A DNA stretch of 60,990 bases, the filler included, from Sphacelaria rigidula (Eukaryota): NCBI GenBank assembly GCA_964200075.2. It is 7 parts of 7 records of this genome, joined end to end, with 100 filler letters (N's around TTAATTAATTAA, not from the genome) between each part and the next. Parts side by side here need not be neighbours in the genome. Positions count along the whole stretch, not along the records: positions 17,457 to 26,084 come from CAXNAA020010562.1; positions 26,185 to 34,811 come from CAXNAA020010563.1; positions 34,912 to 43,538 come from CAXNAA020010564.1; 4 more parts are not named here. One strand, 5' to 3'. Positions 25,244-37,600 of the stretch are shown here, one piece after another. Numbering within the stretch: the first letter of the stretch is position 1; every line of letters starts with the position of its first letter. The notes below the pieces were generated by a model. That model ran no database searches and had not been told where the DNA came from. It worked only from the letters and a program-made list of their open reading frames with translations. A program made the translations under genes and the position numbers.

Positions 25244-26420
25244 CCTATGGCTGCTCTCGTGGGCTGGAGGTTGTGTTGGCGTGCGGCAGGGTTTCAAACG
25301 CGTTTTCAAGAACATATTTCGATAGCCCGAGGCTATCATAAAATCCTGATTTTATGATGAATTTGGGCTGTCAAAAAAGGTCATCAGAAAATGTTCTATA
25401 AAAAGTGCGTTTTCGGATCACATAAAGAACGCGTTTTTGGTCATTTACCAGAAAACGCATTTTTTTATGGATTTTTTTCTATACATGAGAAGTAGCCGAC
25501 GGGTGTCCGTCAGCGTCACGTTCACGGTGACATCACGCGTTGCTCGACACGTTACAACGCCTCAAACACTGGTAAATGAGCCGCGACATGCACAGAATGA
25601 AACGTTACACGTGTCAACGTTAGGTTATATTAGACTTCACATGTGACATTGAAAGGTTTCATAGTACTTCACATGCCACGAAACGTAACGTGAACTTTTT
25701 TTTACGTGATTAACGTAACGTGAACGTGATGTCAAATCTTCGAATGGAACGTTAACTTAACGTTAACCTTTATTTAACGTGGCATACGTAACGTAACGTG
25801 AACGTGGGAACTTTTTTACGTGATGAATGGAACGTGAACGTGTGACGTTCAACGTGTAGACCCCTTATTTTTTTTTTACGATGCCCTCGTCGGCGATAAC
25901 TGTCGCGGTTTTCAAGTTAATTGTACTCGTGCCGTACAGGCATATTGTATATGTTGTGACCCCCCCCTCCGCCCTCCGGCGCTTCGCGCTTGGTGATTGG
26001 TGATTGGTGATTGGTGATTGAGTGCGAGCCTGGTCCAGGGAAGACCCGGCGTGCTCCGTCCCGGCTTTGTAGGGATGCGAGGTCNNNNNNNNNNNNNNNN
26101 NNNNNNNNNNNNNNNNNNNNNNNNNNNNTTAATTAATTAANNNNNNNNNNNNNNNNNNNNNNNNNNNNNNNNNNNNNNNNNNNNAAACCGTTCCGAGATC
26201 GTGACCCCCGATTTTTTCGGCCCCGATGTGGCCCAAATCGGTGTCCATAAAATGCGTTCCCCGATTTTTTTTCCCCCGATTTTTAAAAAATCAAGATTCG
26301 TGCTTGCCATAAAAGTGGGTCTAATGACCTCCGGCGTATCAACCCGGACGGTCATCCCGGGCCTGTCACCCTGGTACCGTCATTCTCCAATCCCCAGTCT
26401 CGGCTAGCCATACTCCTCAC

Positions 26421-29400
26421 TTGGAGATACCCCGTCACGGCGCTCCCATCTGGCACTCTGTTCTCAAACCCCAAGCCCTGTCTTGCAAAGCTCGTCCAGT
26501 CCAAGTCCACGTTGTATCTCTTCACGCTCCATTCCCTTTCACTGAATGAGAAGCTACGACCTACATACAGCAACTGTCCCGGGTTAGATAAGTCACGCCT
26601 ACTGTCCACAGGCCTCTTATATAGGTCTAATTAACTAATGCTGTTATACATACATATGTACAGAGAGAGATGGTAACCTCGAAGCAGCTTTCATTTTTCA
26701 TAACCGTTATCAAGGCATTCTTGTCCTATTCCCGGAGAAAAGTACTCCACGAAGGCTCAAGAAGTTGAAAAGGAAAAATATCAGGTCGCAAAACTGGTTG
26801 GGTCATATACCACAGAGTACATAACTCCAGTAAAGTAGTACAGTCAGTCACGTATTCCGATTTGCTGTCAAATGAAACAGTTACACAATACCCTCCTGGC
26901 GGGACCACCGCCATCCCCTGCTGGACGACAGTTACAACATACCGCAGTTTTGACCGGAAGGGCCTTTTGTTCGGCGACAACGTCGTCGTACACCTTGACC
27001 AACATATTCAGCTCCTTCGCTTCGAGAGCATCAAGCAGCGCCGTCGGGCCTTCGCCGTTCACCTCAACACCTCTCAATGCCTGTAACATCAGCAGCGGCG
27101 GCGACAGAAATAGTAACGGTAGTTCCGGTCATATTTCTTTACCAATGAGTTGATTTATTACAGTAAACAGCAAACAACCAACTTACACGAGGCAACAACA
27201 GCACCCAAGGGAATCTGGCCAGTGGCAGCGCCGTACCAGAGTACAGCATGGCGTGCCAGCTAAAAATGGCGCACCCTCCTGCCCCAACAAAAACAGGTGT
27301 CCGAAATTTACCTGTATCCATTCAGACAGAGCCACCGCAAGAGATGCACCGGTCACAGGCTTGCCGTCGACGTGTCTTGAAGTGGAGCACATGTGGCGAA
27401 CGACGGCAGTCGTAGTTTCCACGCTCGTCTTGTACTCATCGCTGCGTCAGTTTCCAAACAGAACAAGAACAGCGGAAACCCACACGCAGGGAAGGCAGTT
27501 ATACGAACCGATGTATACAGCACGCACGTATGTTTGTACGGGATCTACCCATGTACAAAGGGCGCCCATGAATGTACAATATATCAACCGGGCTAGACAA
27601 GAACCGAATCTGAATTTTCTTCAGAAAATTCCGGCGTTAACTTCTCGGCGGTGTGCCTATTACGATTTTCGACGAAACCAAGGTGCTTGAAGGAAGTGCT
27701 TCAAAGTATCACCACCACCTACACCAGTACCTCAACCTATAAGTCCACGACTGCAACCAATGACTGCACCAGCACCAGATAGAGAGCATGTTCCTCACAT
27801 TCCCGGGCTTTCTTAATCTCGCGCCCCCTATACAACACCCACGAATGCCATACCCCATGGCTAACATCTTTTGCTAGCTGTCTAGTCCCACCACAGAGAC
27901 TGCACTACTATAGGTACTACGACGTTGGCAATTGACACGAGCACTGCTGCCGGCACTACCTCAGGTCCGAGAACGGCAAGGACTTCAAGCCAGAAAGCGT
28001 GCCCAGGTTGTCAACGGGATACGGGAGAAGCGCCACGTCCATCTCGCCGAAGAATCTGCGTGTATCGTGCCATCGAAACGTACGGGTGGGAGGAGGGGCA
28101 GGGGGGGGCGCAACGGAGGCGGGGACGGTAGCATCCCGGTAGCTTTGTTTACTATTGATACGTAGCCAGGGCGATACGTGGGGCCAAAAGCGCACCTTGG
28201 AGTATGACGAACACGGGCTTACACGAGAAAAGGGTGAAGAATAACACAAAAGCAGCGGAATGAAGCATGACAGTCCAGAGAATGATACTTCAGCTGTGGT
28301 CAGCTGCCTTCACAAATTACCAGATATTACTAGTTAAGCTCGTGTTGAGGGGAAAACGCGGCACAACGCGTTGGAATACGGCCCCTGACGAAGTAAACCC
28401 TGCCTCCTCCTCTGTTCGTCCATCCACCCTAAGATAGACATGCCGTCACCACAGCCATCCATGTGTTAAGCTGCATACTTCAAAGTACATCCGTGAACAC
28501 GTATTACAGGTGTACGTGGCCTTGATCTCCCCACAAATGTAATCACCTGTCGAATTCCACCGACGCCCGGCCGACGTCCTTCTCAAACAGGCGATCGATA
28601 ATCTTGCGCCGCTTCTCCCCTTCCTTCGCCGCTTGGACCGCCTTCGAAACACACACAACGTAGTTCGTTTCAAACATAATAGATTAGTAGTATAGTGCTA
28701 GTTCTGCCAATCCGGCAACGCCCCCCACCCCAAAAGTACCTAACGGTCTCCGTGCGTGTAATCTGCCCAGCATCAAATCACTCTAGTGTAGCGACTTAAA
28801 TCACGGCCGATCAACCCATCAAACACATCTACCAGTGTTTACTGCGAAACACAACACAACCAGCGATTGACACCTCCCCCCACCCTTCCTCCGAACCCGA
28901 CATCCAAGGAGAGTGAATGGGTAGGGCGCGCGCGGGGGGGAGGGGGGGAGGTCAAGTCAAGCGCACGGGGAAAGGTTTTGGGGCGACGAACTAAGCTATA
29001 CCTAACCCAGGCAATTCTCTCCCCTGCTGTGGAACAACTCTGCACCCTACACTGGCAGTGCGCTCCCCCCCGCTTGCATTGAAACCAGGGCGCCTGCTGC
29101 AGCACACGTTGGATTATCACGCATGTATTCCCAAATAGTCCTCCCTATATCGACGATAATATGTGCTTTCAGGAAGTCTATGCTACACCGAAACCGAAAT
29201 ATCACGGGCATCAACGGGGTTCGATGACCGCGGGTAGTCCATGTAGAGTAAGTACGGAGCACCGCATGGCCACCCCAAACGCAACAACAAAAGAAACAGT
29301 ATACCAGCATGAATCGTCAACAAACTGCTGTATAGGTCTCCGGTATTGTGGCTCATTCACGGTACGCCTATTGCGCTACAGTAAACCTGACAGCAACGGC

Positions 29401-32400
29401 AAAGACAACGATAATGGCACGACAATGATATCATCATCATCATCATCATCAACATCAACAACCAACGGCAATAACAGCGGTTGTCAGACCATCGGAGAGA
29501 AGGCCCACCTTGGAGGTAGATTTCTGCATAAGCCAGAGAAGATTAGGATGGGTAGTCATCCCTTCTGGTGCGACCTTCTTGTCTTCATCCTTGTCTTTGT
29601 CTGTGCCCTTGCCATCTTCTCCTTCCCCCTCCCCATTATCGTCATAATGCCTCAAAGATTCGAGCGATCTTGCTGCGTGGATCGCCCTGAAAACAAACGG
29701 CGACACATGACAAACAAAAACACACCCAGGCGAACTCACCGAGGAGATATCATACACGACAACTCCACAACAACACGCAACAAAATAAAATGCATACTCA
29801 AGACACAAGCAAAGACCTGTCACAGAGCTGCCACCAGCCGCAAACCACACACACATGCGCGCGCGCGCGCGTGCGCATCCAACAATAATTTTTCGGTTCC
29901 CCGAATCAGCCCAATAGAAGGGTATCCCTATGAGCTGCAGAACAACCCGCAGATGATACGGCTCTGCCGCTGTTCGATTGGCACAGTTTTGGCGATGACG
30001 CCGTTGTACTGCATTGAGTACCGGGTGCGTCTAACGTCGTGACGTAATGGTGTGTTTGGAATTATTTTTAAGCAAGGTTGGGAGAAAACGCGATGTAACG
30101 CCAGTCTATTCTTTTTTTTCCTCAACGATTTTTGCCGTCGGTTTCGCGCGGTTCACCCCCAAACCGGTCTTTCCCAAATTTCCCACCAAAAACGATTCTC
30201 CCACCCCTGCAGAAGCAGCTGAAAATCACCACTCTCACTCGGAACCTCCGGTCGAAAGCCTTCCCATCTTCTGTCGAGACACGTCTGCTGCTGGGAGTAC
30301 CTCCCAGGGGCCAAAACGTAAGAATTTAATTGTTTTGGAAGATAGTACGGTAATTCGGAATCTCCTCGCTGGTTATATTCCTGGACATCCCAACCAGGGA
30401 ATGCGAAACAACCATCCCCTCTCTAGAGAATTTTTCTTCATCCATCCGTGTGATATCCGATCATATTTCATACCCGCCGGACATCAAACAAGGACTAAAT
30501 CACCTATTTCGGAGCATATGGTAGAAACCATACTTACATTCCCGAATATCCCAACCTTGTCTATATTTCCGGACAGAAAGGAGTATAAAACACGGCGGAT
30601 TTACGTTAGATAATACACCGATCTGGGCATATGACAACACTGACATGAACAGTCAAGAGTGCGCTGGTGATGTTACGAGACGGTATCAAGCTCGTCAGCA
30701 GCTCCACCATGGTAGAGGACCGCCGAGCCGATTGTCACATACAACGAGAACATGCACCAGTACTATTCGAAATTGTAGTACACCTGCCCCAGACAAAAGA
30801 CCGTCAACAAAAAAAAATGTTCAAAAGTCTTTTGAATCTCGAGAGGAAGCACAAAGCAGCAGCTCATGTTTTGTAACTGCGCCTCCAGGGAAGCGGGGAA
30901 GTGCTCTAGATGGGCCTTGGAGAAAAGCCCAACCCACACTAGGGGATGTAAGACCATCTCCGTGCATTTTGGGGGGCAGAATCTTGTGCGAATGTGCCGA
31001 AATGATGTTTTCTCAACTGTAGCAGAAAAGTGCTGCATGTAAGAAATTTCCGTAATGACGGAAACCAGATTCTGCTTTAAAAAATGTGTGTGACCACGGG
31101 TTCGCGAGATCGGACTAATGTGCGGAAATGATAATAAATGATAATAATTTAAAACGTCGGGATTCGAAGTCGTGACTTCCGTAACCAGAGTCTCCCGCAC
31201 CAGTTTGACGATCGGGACGCAGCGGTGTCATACAAAAGTGGAATCCATAGCCCAACTTTCGGGGTTTCGAGCCGAAATTTTACAAGAATGTCCTGCACGC
31301 AAATTCATCCTTTTTCACGGAAGCGATCGCAGTTTTTTCCATGGATTTCTGGTATACATTATAAATATATAAGCATATTTGATGAAATTCCAACGCTCTA
31401 GCTCCATGCGTTTTTTGTTTTCTTGGTTGCTTCCGCCACTTTCCGCATGTTGATTATCTACATCTCGTGTTGAAATTCCAGTTTCTAACTCCTAAAATCA
31501 AGCTGCGCAAGACTATCCAACTGCCACTAGGAACTTTTGGCTGGCCCAGCTCGTACATAGAAACAAACGAGAAGCAGCGAAGGTGTTGCAAAAGGGGGCA
31601 CACGATACATGCACGGAGTTTGCGGGAATGATGGACACGAGCGAAGCACACACTAACCTCGACCCTTTCAAGGCCCAGATAGGTTTTGTTCATCCGTTCA
31701 ATCGGCTGTCATGTTCGTAATCACGAAACCACGTGTCAAACTCGGGTGTACCTCAACCAGGTTTTAGAGACGAAAATAATAATATGAAAAACGAACAAAA
31801 AGCTTTACACTTCTTCAATTCAAATACGGGTTTCATATAAGTTCATGTACTTCGTGGGCAGAACTCATCATTTCATCCGCTTCCAAACACACTTATCGAA
31901 TGGAACCCGACACTTACTCATGAAGACTGTCCACGCCAGCCCCTCCGTATACCGCGTCCGTGTTGTACAGCATAACAGAACTCACCGCGCTCAAAGCGGT
32001 CAGCACATTGGCTTCCCCCACGGCACGCCTGTCATAATTCATTGGAATATGGTATGGAGGCGTTACTGATTTTTCCCACCGTTGGTCCAGTTATGTTATT
32101 GTTGCACTCATATATATATATATATATATCATTCCATGTTTGCTCCCCCCCCCCCCTTTCCTCCCTCCAAGTTCCCCTGCAAGGGTTGCGTCTGTTTTCC
32201 GTTTTACTTTGTACTGTGCTATCTTATGACTAACAGCAGCGGATTCGTCGCAGACCAGTTGATGTGCGGCGACCAATCATTCCACCAGCCAAAAAGGATG
32301 AGGGATCGGGGGGGGGGAGGGGGGGTACTCATGATCTTGCATGCCGTACGACTCATATGGCCATTGACCTTATCCCTACTAAGCCGGGACGGAGCACGCC

Positions 32401-34698
32401 GGGGTTTCGTCGGACCAGGCTCGCACTCAATCACCAAGCGCGAAGCGCCGTGATGCGTTCGACGAGTCGCATGAAGGGTGAGCTGTATCCTGCAAAGATT
32501 GTTCGGCCCGAAGCCTACTGATCATCTTGCATTTGGATGACAGCTTAAATTGAGTAGCTGCATTCTCTCGTGGCGCCACTTTCACCGACAGCCATGGCAT
32601 ATACACTGCCTCATGGGTGTCTCACCATTTAAACACCATATATTATGATCATTCCCTTCGCACGGAATTGAGGTTCTCCACTTCGAACAATACGATCTAG
32701 CTCGATCACCATCATGGTCACCGCAAAAAATCGCAAGCGCGCGAAACATATAGGTAACCTGGTTGCCTAGCTGATGCGGTGAGTGGCGTGTTCTACAGCG
32801 TCAGTGTCAACCAACACCAACCCCACAGGGGGTCAGTCCCAACGAAGCCGGGACGGATCACGCCGGGTTTTCGCCGGACCAGCGGGGTGGGGGGGGGGGG
32901 GGTACCCATGATCATGCATGCCATAGTCATAAGACCGGGAACCGGGGGGGGGGGGGGTGTACCCCACGCCAACATGGCANNNNNNNNNNGATGCGGGGCG
33001 GCCGCCCCGGGGGCGCGGGCGGACCAGGGGGGTGGGGGGGGGGGGGTACTCATGATCATGCATGCCATAGTCATAAGACCGAGACCAGCGGGGGGGAGGG
33101 GTCTACTCTCGACCAACTTGCCATATCTAGGGAATAAAACTGACTTACATTACATCATCAAATTGTTGGTTGCCTCCATCAAAATTCCACACGGCGAAAG
33201 CGAAGAAAGAGACGGAAGGGGAAGAGTAAGAGCACGATGAAGAACCGAAAAAGTAACAGCCAGGGAAGCAAGCAACAAACGTCGATATACAGATACAGAT
33301 ATGAACAGCCTGGATCCGTTTTTGAGGTTCAACATTTGGGTGAGGTTCAACTCGAAAACGACGCTTTCCCTGACCTAAAGTCATGACCAATGAATTTCAT
33401 ATGGACGACCTCATGCCCCCCGACCTCCTCAGAACCATTTTCGGGGGTTGCCTGTCTTCCGTGCCTCCAAAGCGTATATGCGAAAACACCAATTTCGGGC
33501 TAAAAACGTTCCCATTTTCGCCCCGATATCGAGGCAAAAAGGTGCTTCCACACGTACGCTTTGGGGGGGCACGGAAGACGGGCAACCCCCAACAATAGTT
33601 TCAAGGATGTCGGGGGGCATGAGGTTGTCCATATGAAATTCATTGATTATGACTTTAGGTCAGGGAAAGCACTATTTTCGAGTTGAACCTCACCCACATG
33701 TTAACCTCAAAAACGGATCCAGGCTGTTTATTGACATACAAATACTGCGATGAAAACGAGACACCGAGGTGACCACAAAAGGAAGAGGAGTAGACGAGGT
33801 ACGTAGTTCTCGAAAAAGCACACAAGGATGCCACAGAAAGGTAACGCCTGGCCCTTGCGGTGTGTTGCAAGAGGACTCCGGAGTGGGTCCAGATGAAATC
33901 GGAAATCCGGAAATCCGGAAATCCGAACAAGAAAAAAGAAACACATGCACACACACGCGACAGCACCTGCCACATGTGACGGACGGTGTCGTAAAGATGG
34001 ATCCCTGAACACCCCGTTGCGATCAAGCACAAATGAGACAACCACAGAAGTACGTACGTCCAACACCCACAAATGAGTCACAGTATAACAGTCGACATCT
34101 TTGTGTAATTTCAAAAGCTTGGATATACTCCGGAGTATTACATATTATCTCCAGAAAAGAAATGACGACAATCCAATGAACCAATCAACGAATCAACCAA
34201 TGAACAACCCGATCAAGAACAAAGAGGAAAAAAGAGGGGAAAAGAAGAAAGAAAAAGGGAAACACACCAAAAATAGAGAGGGAGAACCATAAAAGGCATT
34301 TCATGATGTTCTCAACCGGTATTCAATAGTTCATCTCTCTCCCAAACGATTTGTCGGTTTATTGGGAATCACCTGTTTGGGGGCAGCCCGGGCGAATCCA
34401 ACAAGACCACAGCGGTACCTGGCTTGTCGGGAAGTGCGTTGAGGCAGCCTGGCAACACGAGAGCTGACAACACCACGTCACGCTCATCATCTGCACCATT
34501 ACCTGCACCACTACCTGCACCGTCTTCACCATCTGCAGAGGATGACAAGGCGTCCGCTACATGAAACGGCCGATCCCCCAACCCTGTCAGGTCGCTTCCG
34601 TCTCCTCCGCTCGGCGAAGGTGCGAGCTGATGCACCAAATGGTTGAGAAAGTACGACTTCCCCGTTCGATACGGCCCCGCCACGGAGACTACGGCCAC
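26421..34698 (-). CDS. Guanylate-binding protein (GBP/atlastin family)-like large GTPase, partial, 8 exons
   Basis: Exons 34698-34373, 32028-31918, 29686-29509, 28641-28547, 28055-27960, 27441-27312, 27080-26943 and 26573-26421. All internal introns are GT-AG with consistent phases, giving 1227 nt (409 codons) with no stop. Motifs VAVVSVAGPYRTGKSYFLN, LLDSPG, SSVMLYN, PNLLWL, FF..LLPYP, VTGASL and ALPVKT..SERE follow GBP order. Confidence 0.88.
31000..31553 (-). mobile_element. Family A MITE copy in a GBP intron
   Basis: GGGATTCGAAGTCGTGAC...GCAGCGGTGTCATACAAAA is homologous to 51890-51975; ends CTGGCCCAGCTCG|TA. Confidence 0.6.
32308..32440 (+). repeat. Poly-G-flanked dispersed repeat (family C); other copies at 32820-33100, 45870-46010 and 25960-26084 (minus)
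   Basis: Shared G(n)TACTCATGATC(A/T)TGCATGCC...AAGCCGGGACGGA(T/G)CACGCCGGG...GGACCAGGCT.GCACTCA across three scaffolds. Confidence 0.8.
33306..33726. mobile_element. Foldback MITE with ~190-bp arms in a GBP intron
   Basis: CAGCCTGGATCCGTTTTTGAGGTT... is inverted as ...AACCTCAAAAACGGATCCAGGCTG; the arms are highly similar over their whole length. Confidence 0.9.
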
Positions 34699-37600
34699 CT
34701 TATTTATTTTTTATCGGGGTATCGGGGGGTGGGGGGGGGGGGGGCGCGAGTTCGTTTTTGTCGAGATTTCGTTCCTGTTGGCTCTCGTTTCCTTTTTACT
34801 TTGGTCAGCCCNNNNNNNNNNNNNNNNNNNNNNNNNNNNNNNNNNNNNNNNNNNNTTAATTAATTAANNNNNNNNNNNNNNNNNNNNNNNNNNNNNNNNN
34901 NNNNNNNNNNNGTCGGACTTGGGAAGTAAAACAAAAGTGTCCCTCACCGACCAAACCTCCTACAATGTCCCCTAGCTCGACTCTGGTTGGGTAGGGAATT
35001 ACCTGCATGTGGGTATTTCGAAAAATAGTACTCCAAGTATCCAAGACTCGGGCAGACTGTTGAGTCGTGCTCAACAATCCCCAGATATCGGGCAGAGTAT
35101 TGTGATCGTACTTAAATTTATCCGACATTTGGGTAGAGTTTGGAGATCGAACCCTCGCAACACAAAATTTGGGAGAGTAATTACTCGGGTATTTACCCAA
35201 CCCGACACACCCTTGCTTTTTGGTTTTTCCGCCAGAATCAGCTATATCGATTGTGACACATAGTTATGGAGGGAAACGTAACCCGTCGCTGCCAAGCCCA
35301 GTATGTGTTTGGATGTGTGTAGCTGCGTGGATGGCACGAGATGGTAAAAAATGCGCCGTGATTTGGCCACTGTCCACATCTTACCCGACAGGCAAGCGCG
35401 GAAACAACTGGAGCTTACGAAGGAGTACACGCAAGAATGCTTTAGACGAATGGTGGACGAAGGACTGCTCAGGAAGGTACTCGCTTTTGGTATGCAGCGG
35501 ATGCATCGCGATGAATGCGAGCTTCATTCAAAGGAGAATTCGCTCTGTGAACCACGACAACTGTATGTTCTATGATTATGTTGATGGAGCGCAAGGATGG
35601 TGCACGCACAGACCTCTTGATCGGTCCACCGATTTTTCCTACTATTCGAATATTTACTCCTAGCGTGGTGAACGCACATGACTCTCGCCAGCATTGATGC
35701 CAACTAGTAGGACGTTGGAAATTAGCTTCGTGGGTATTCCCTGGGTCGGCCGCTCAAGCTCTCTTGCACTTTGCGATTTACGATGTATATATATATTTGC
35801 CCTTTACCGCTGTATCAGGACTCAAACTATCGGTATCACGTGGTGACTGCTGAAAGCCCGACAGATATAATGGAGACGGAGTCTAGTGAAGAGCAGAAGA
35901 GAGACAGGGCGGCACAGAACGACCGCTTCGCTTCATCTTCCCGGGTAATTGCTACCTTTGAGCATAGCGCCTCAGAAAAAAACGTTTGAAAGGGCGGGCA
36001 CGATAAAAACTCGGGTAGCCAAGACACACTGGAATCGCTCGACTGGTCGAAATTTATGACCCGTTTCGAAGAGTACCACAAAATCGTTTTCCTTGCAACC
36101 ACATAGAATCCCGTAGAGCGCTGTACACACTCTTCGACCGTTCACATGGTTTGATCACTTCAGTTCGCCAGCTGGAGTTTCAGGGGAAAGCTTGGGGTAA
36201 AATTAGCGTGACGACGTTCGCGCCCAGTTTTTACTCGCTTGCCCTCAACTTGAGACGTGTATTGTCGAGACGATAACGACCAATGTGATGCTCGAATTGG
36301 CCATCAACTTGCCGTCGCTCGAAAGTTTTTGGAGAACAGCTGATCGGCGAAACTAGAAACATTCAAGTGTGGGTGTTGGACGTGCATGAGCGAGGTACGG
36401 ATCGGATCGTCCCTGGGGAGCAGGAGGGTCCATCAAGCGTCCCTGTTCTCGAAACGTCGACTCGTCCGTCACTTGTGGGTTTAAATATTCAAGCTCAACA
36501 TCCTTATGATACCTTTGAACCACGTTCGATCCTTGGATATCCTAGGACAAATTGCGTTGCCCATCGACAACTTTTCAGGCCCTAACTCCTCAAGCAGGTG
36601 GTCGACAAAACGGTCGAAACGTTTTGGCCCATCATGCGTGGGCCAGGCTACAGGACCCCAAGTCGGCCCCAAAGTGCATCGTGTTGGGCAACTTGAATGA
36701 CTATTTTCTTTATATCATCGACGCTTCGGAGATAGCAATGCCATCCGCAAGGACGCTTGCTGTCGGTTGCTGTGGTCAAACTCCTTGGGCGAAATTTGAT
36801 TGCTACCCTTCTTGTCCATGCCCTGTAATCGGACGATCTGTCGCTACTATGTAGACAGAGAAGTGCAGCCCGCCGTGGCTCTCCCCCGGTCGAGCAAGCA
36901 CTTCCTACCCCTCGCTCTCAGGCGCGTGCACACAGCACGCGATTCCCTTTCGTTTGTTTCGGATAATATACTCATACTTGTGTTGGCCAGGTGTTGTCAG
37001 GAAGCGATAACTCTGAAGCTGAGATACCGGAAACAGTCATCAAAACCCGTGACGACATCCCCAAAACGAACATGCCCCCGCCGCCGGCCGTGCGCCGTGG
37101 AGATCGAGGGGGTACCACCCCCGACGGCAAGAAGAAATCCGAGAATTTCGCCACCCCACCCGTTCCCGGACTGACCTCCAGGCGAGTGTTGGTGTTGTTA
37201 TCGCTGTCTCGGGAATATAGAATCCACGCCTGGCATTTGACCGACGGTGCCACGTCGCGGTTTAATCGACATGGTTTTCACTTTACTTCTGTACCAAGCA
37301 TACGACTCCCCATTTCCTGATGTTGGAAGGCATGCAGGATGGGAGGTAATTTGCACCTTTTCGGCGCTCACGTGGAAGCGATACAGTTGTTGGTCGCCGT
37401 TCGCGTGCGACCGGAGAAGGTCGCTCTATGCTTCACAGACGTTCTGCATATTTGATGTACGTATCGATCACTGGGAATGCGTCTTCACGGCGCTTCATGT
37501 CATACAGCCAAACGAGTGTTGTTGCACTTCTTCTGGCGGCCATTGATGGCTCTTTCACACTCCTTGCAGGTGTGGCATGCAGCCGGTGCCCGAAAAGCCA

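Larger units (their letters stand above)
23447..25866. mobile_element. Non-autonomous hAT-like element with AACGT-rich subterminal arrays, carrying nested repeats
   Basis: TIR (C/A)AGGGGTCTACACGTT at both ends; candidate 8-bp TSD GTCTTTTT/ATTTTTTT (6/8 match); dense AACGTAACGTGAACG repeats at 23460-23750 and 25510-25860. Confidence 0.75.

Noticed and set aside
29161..30042. 293-aa plus-strand ORF
   Set aside because: Antisense to a GBP exon and runs through microsatellites; not protein-like.
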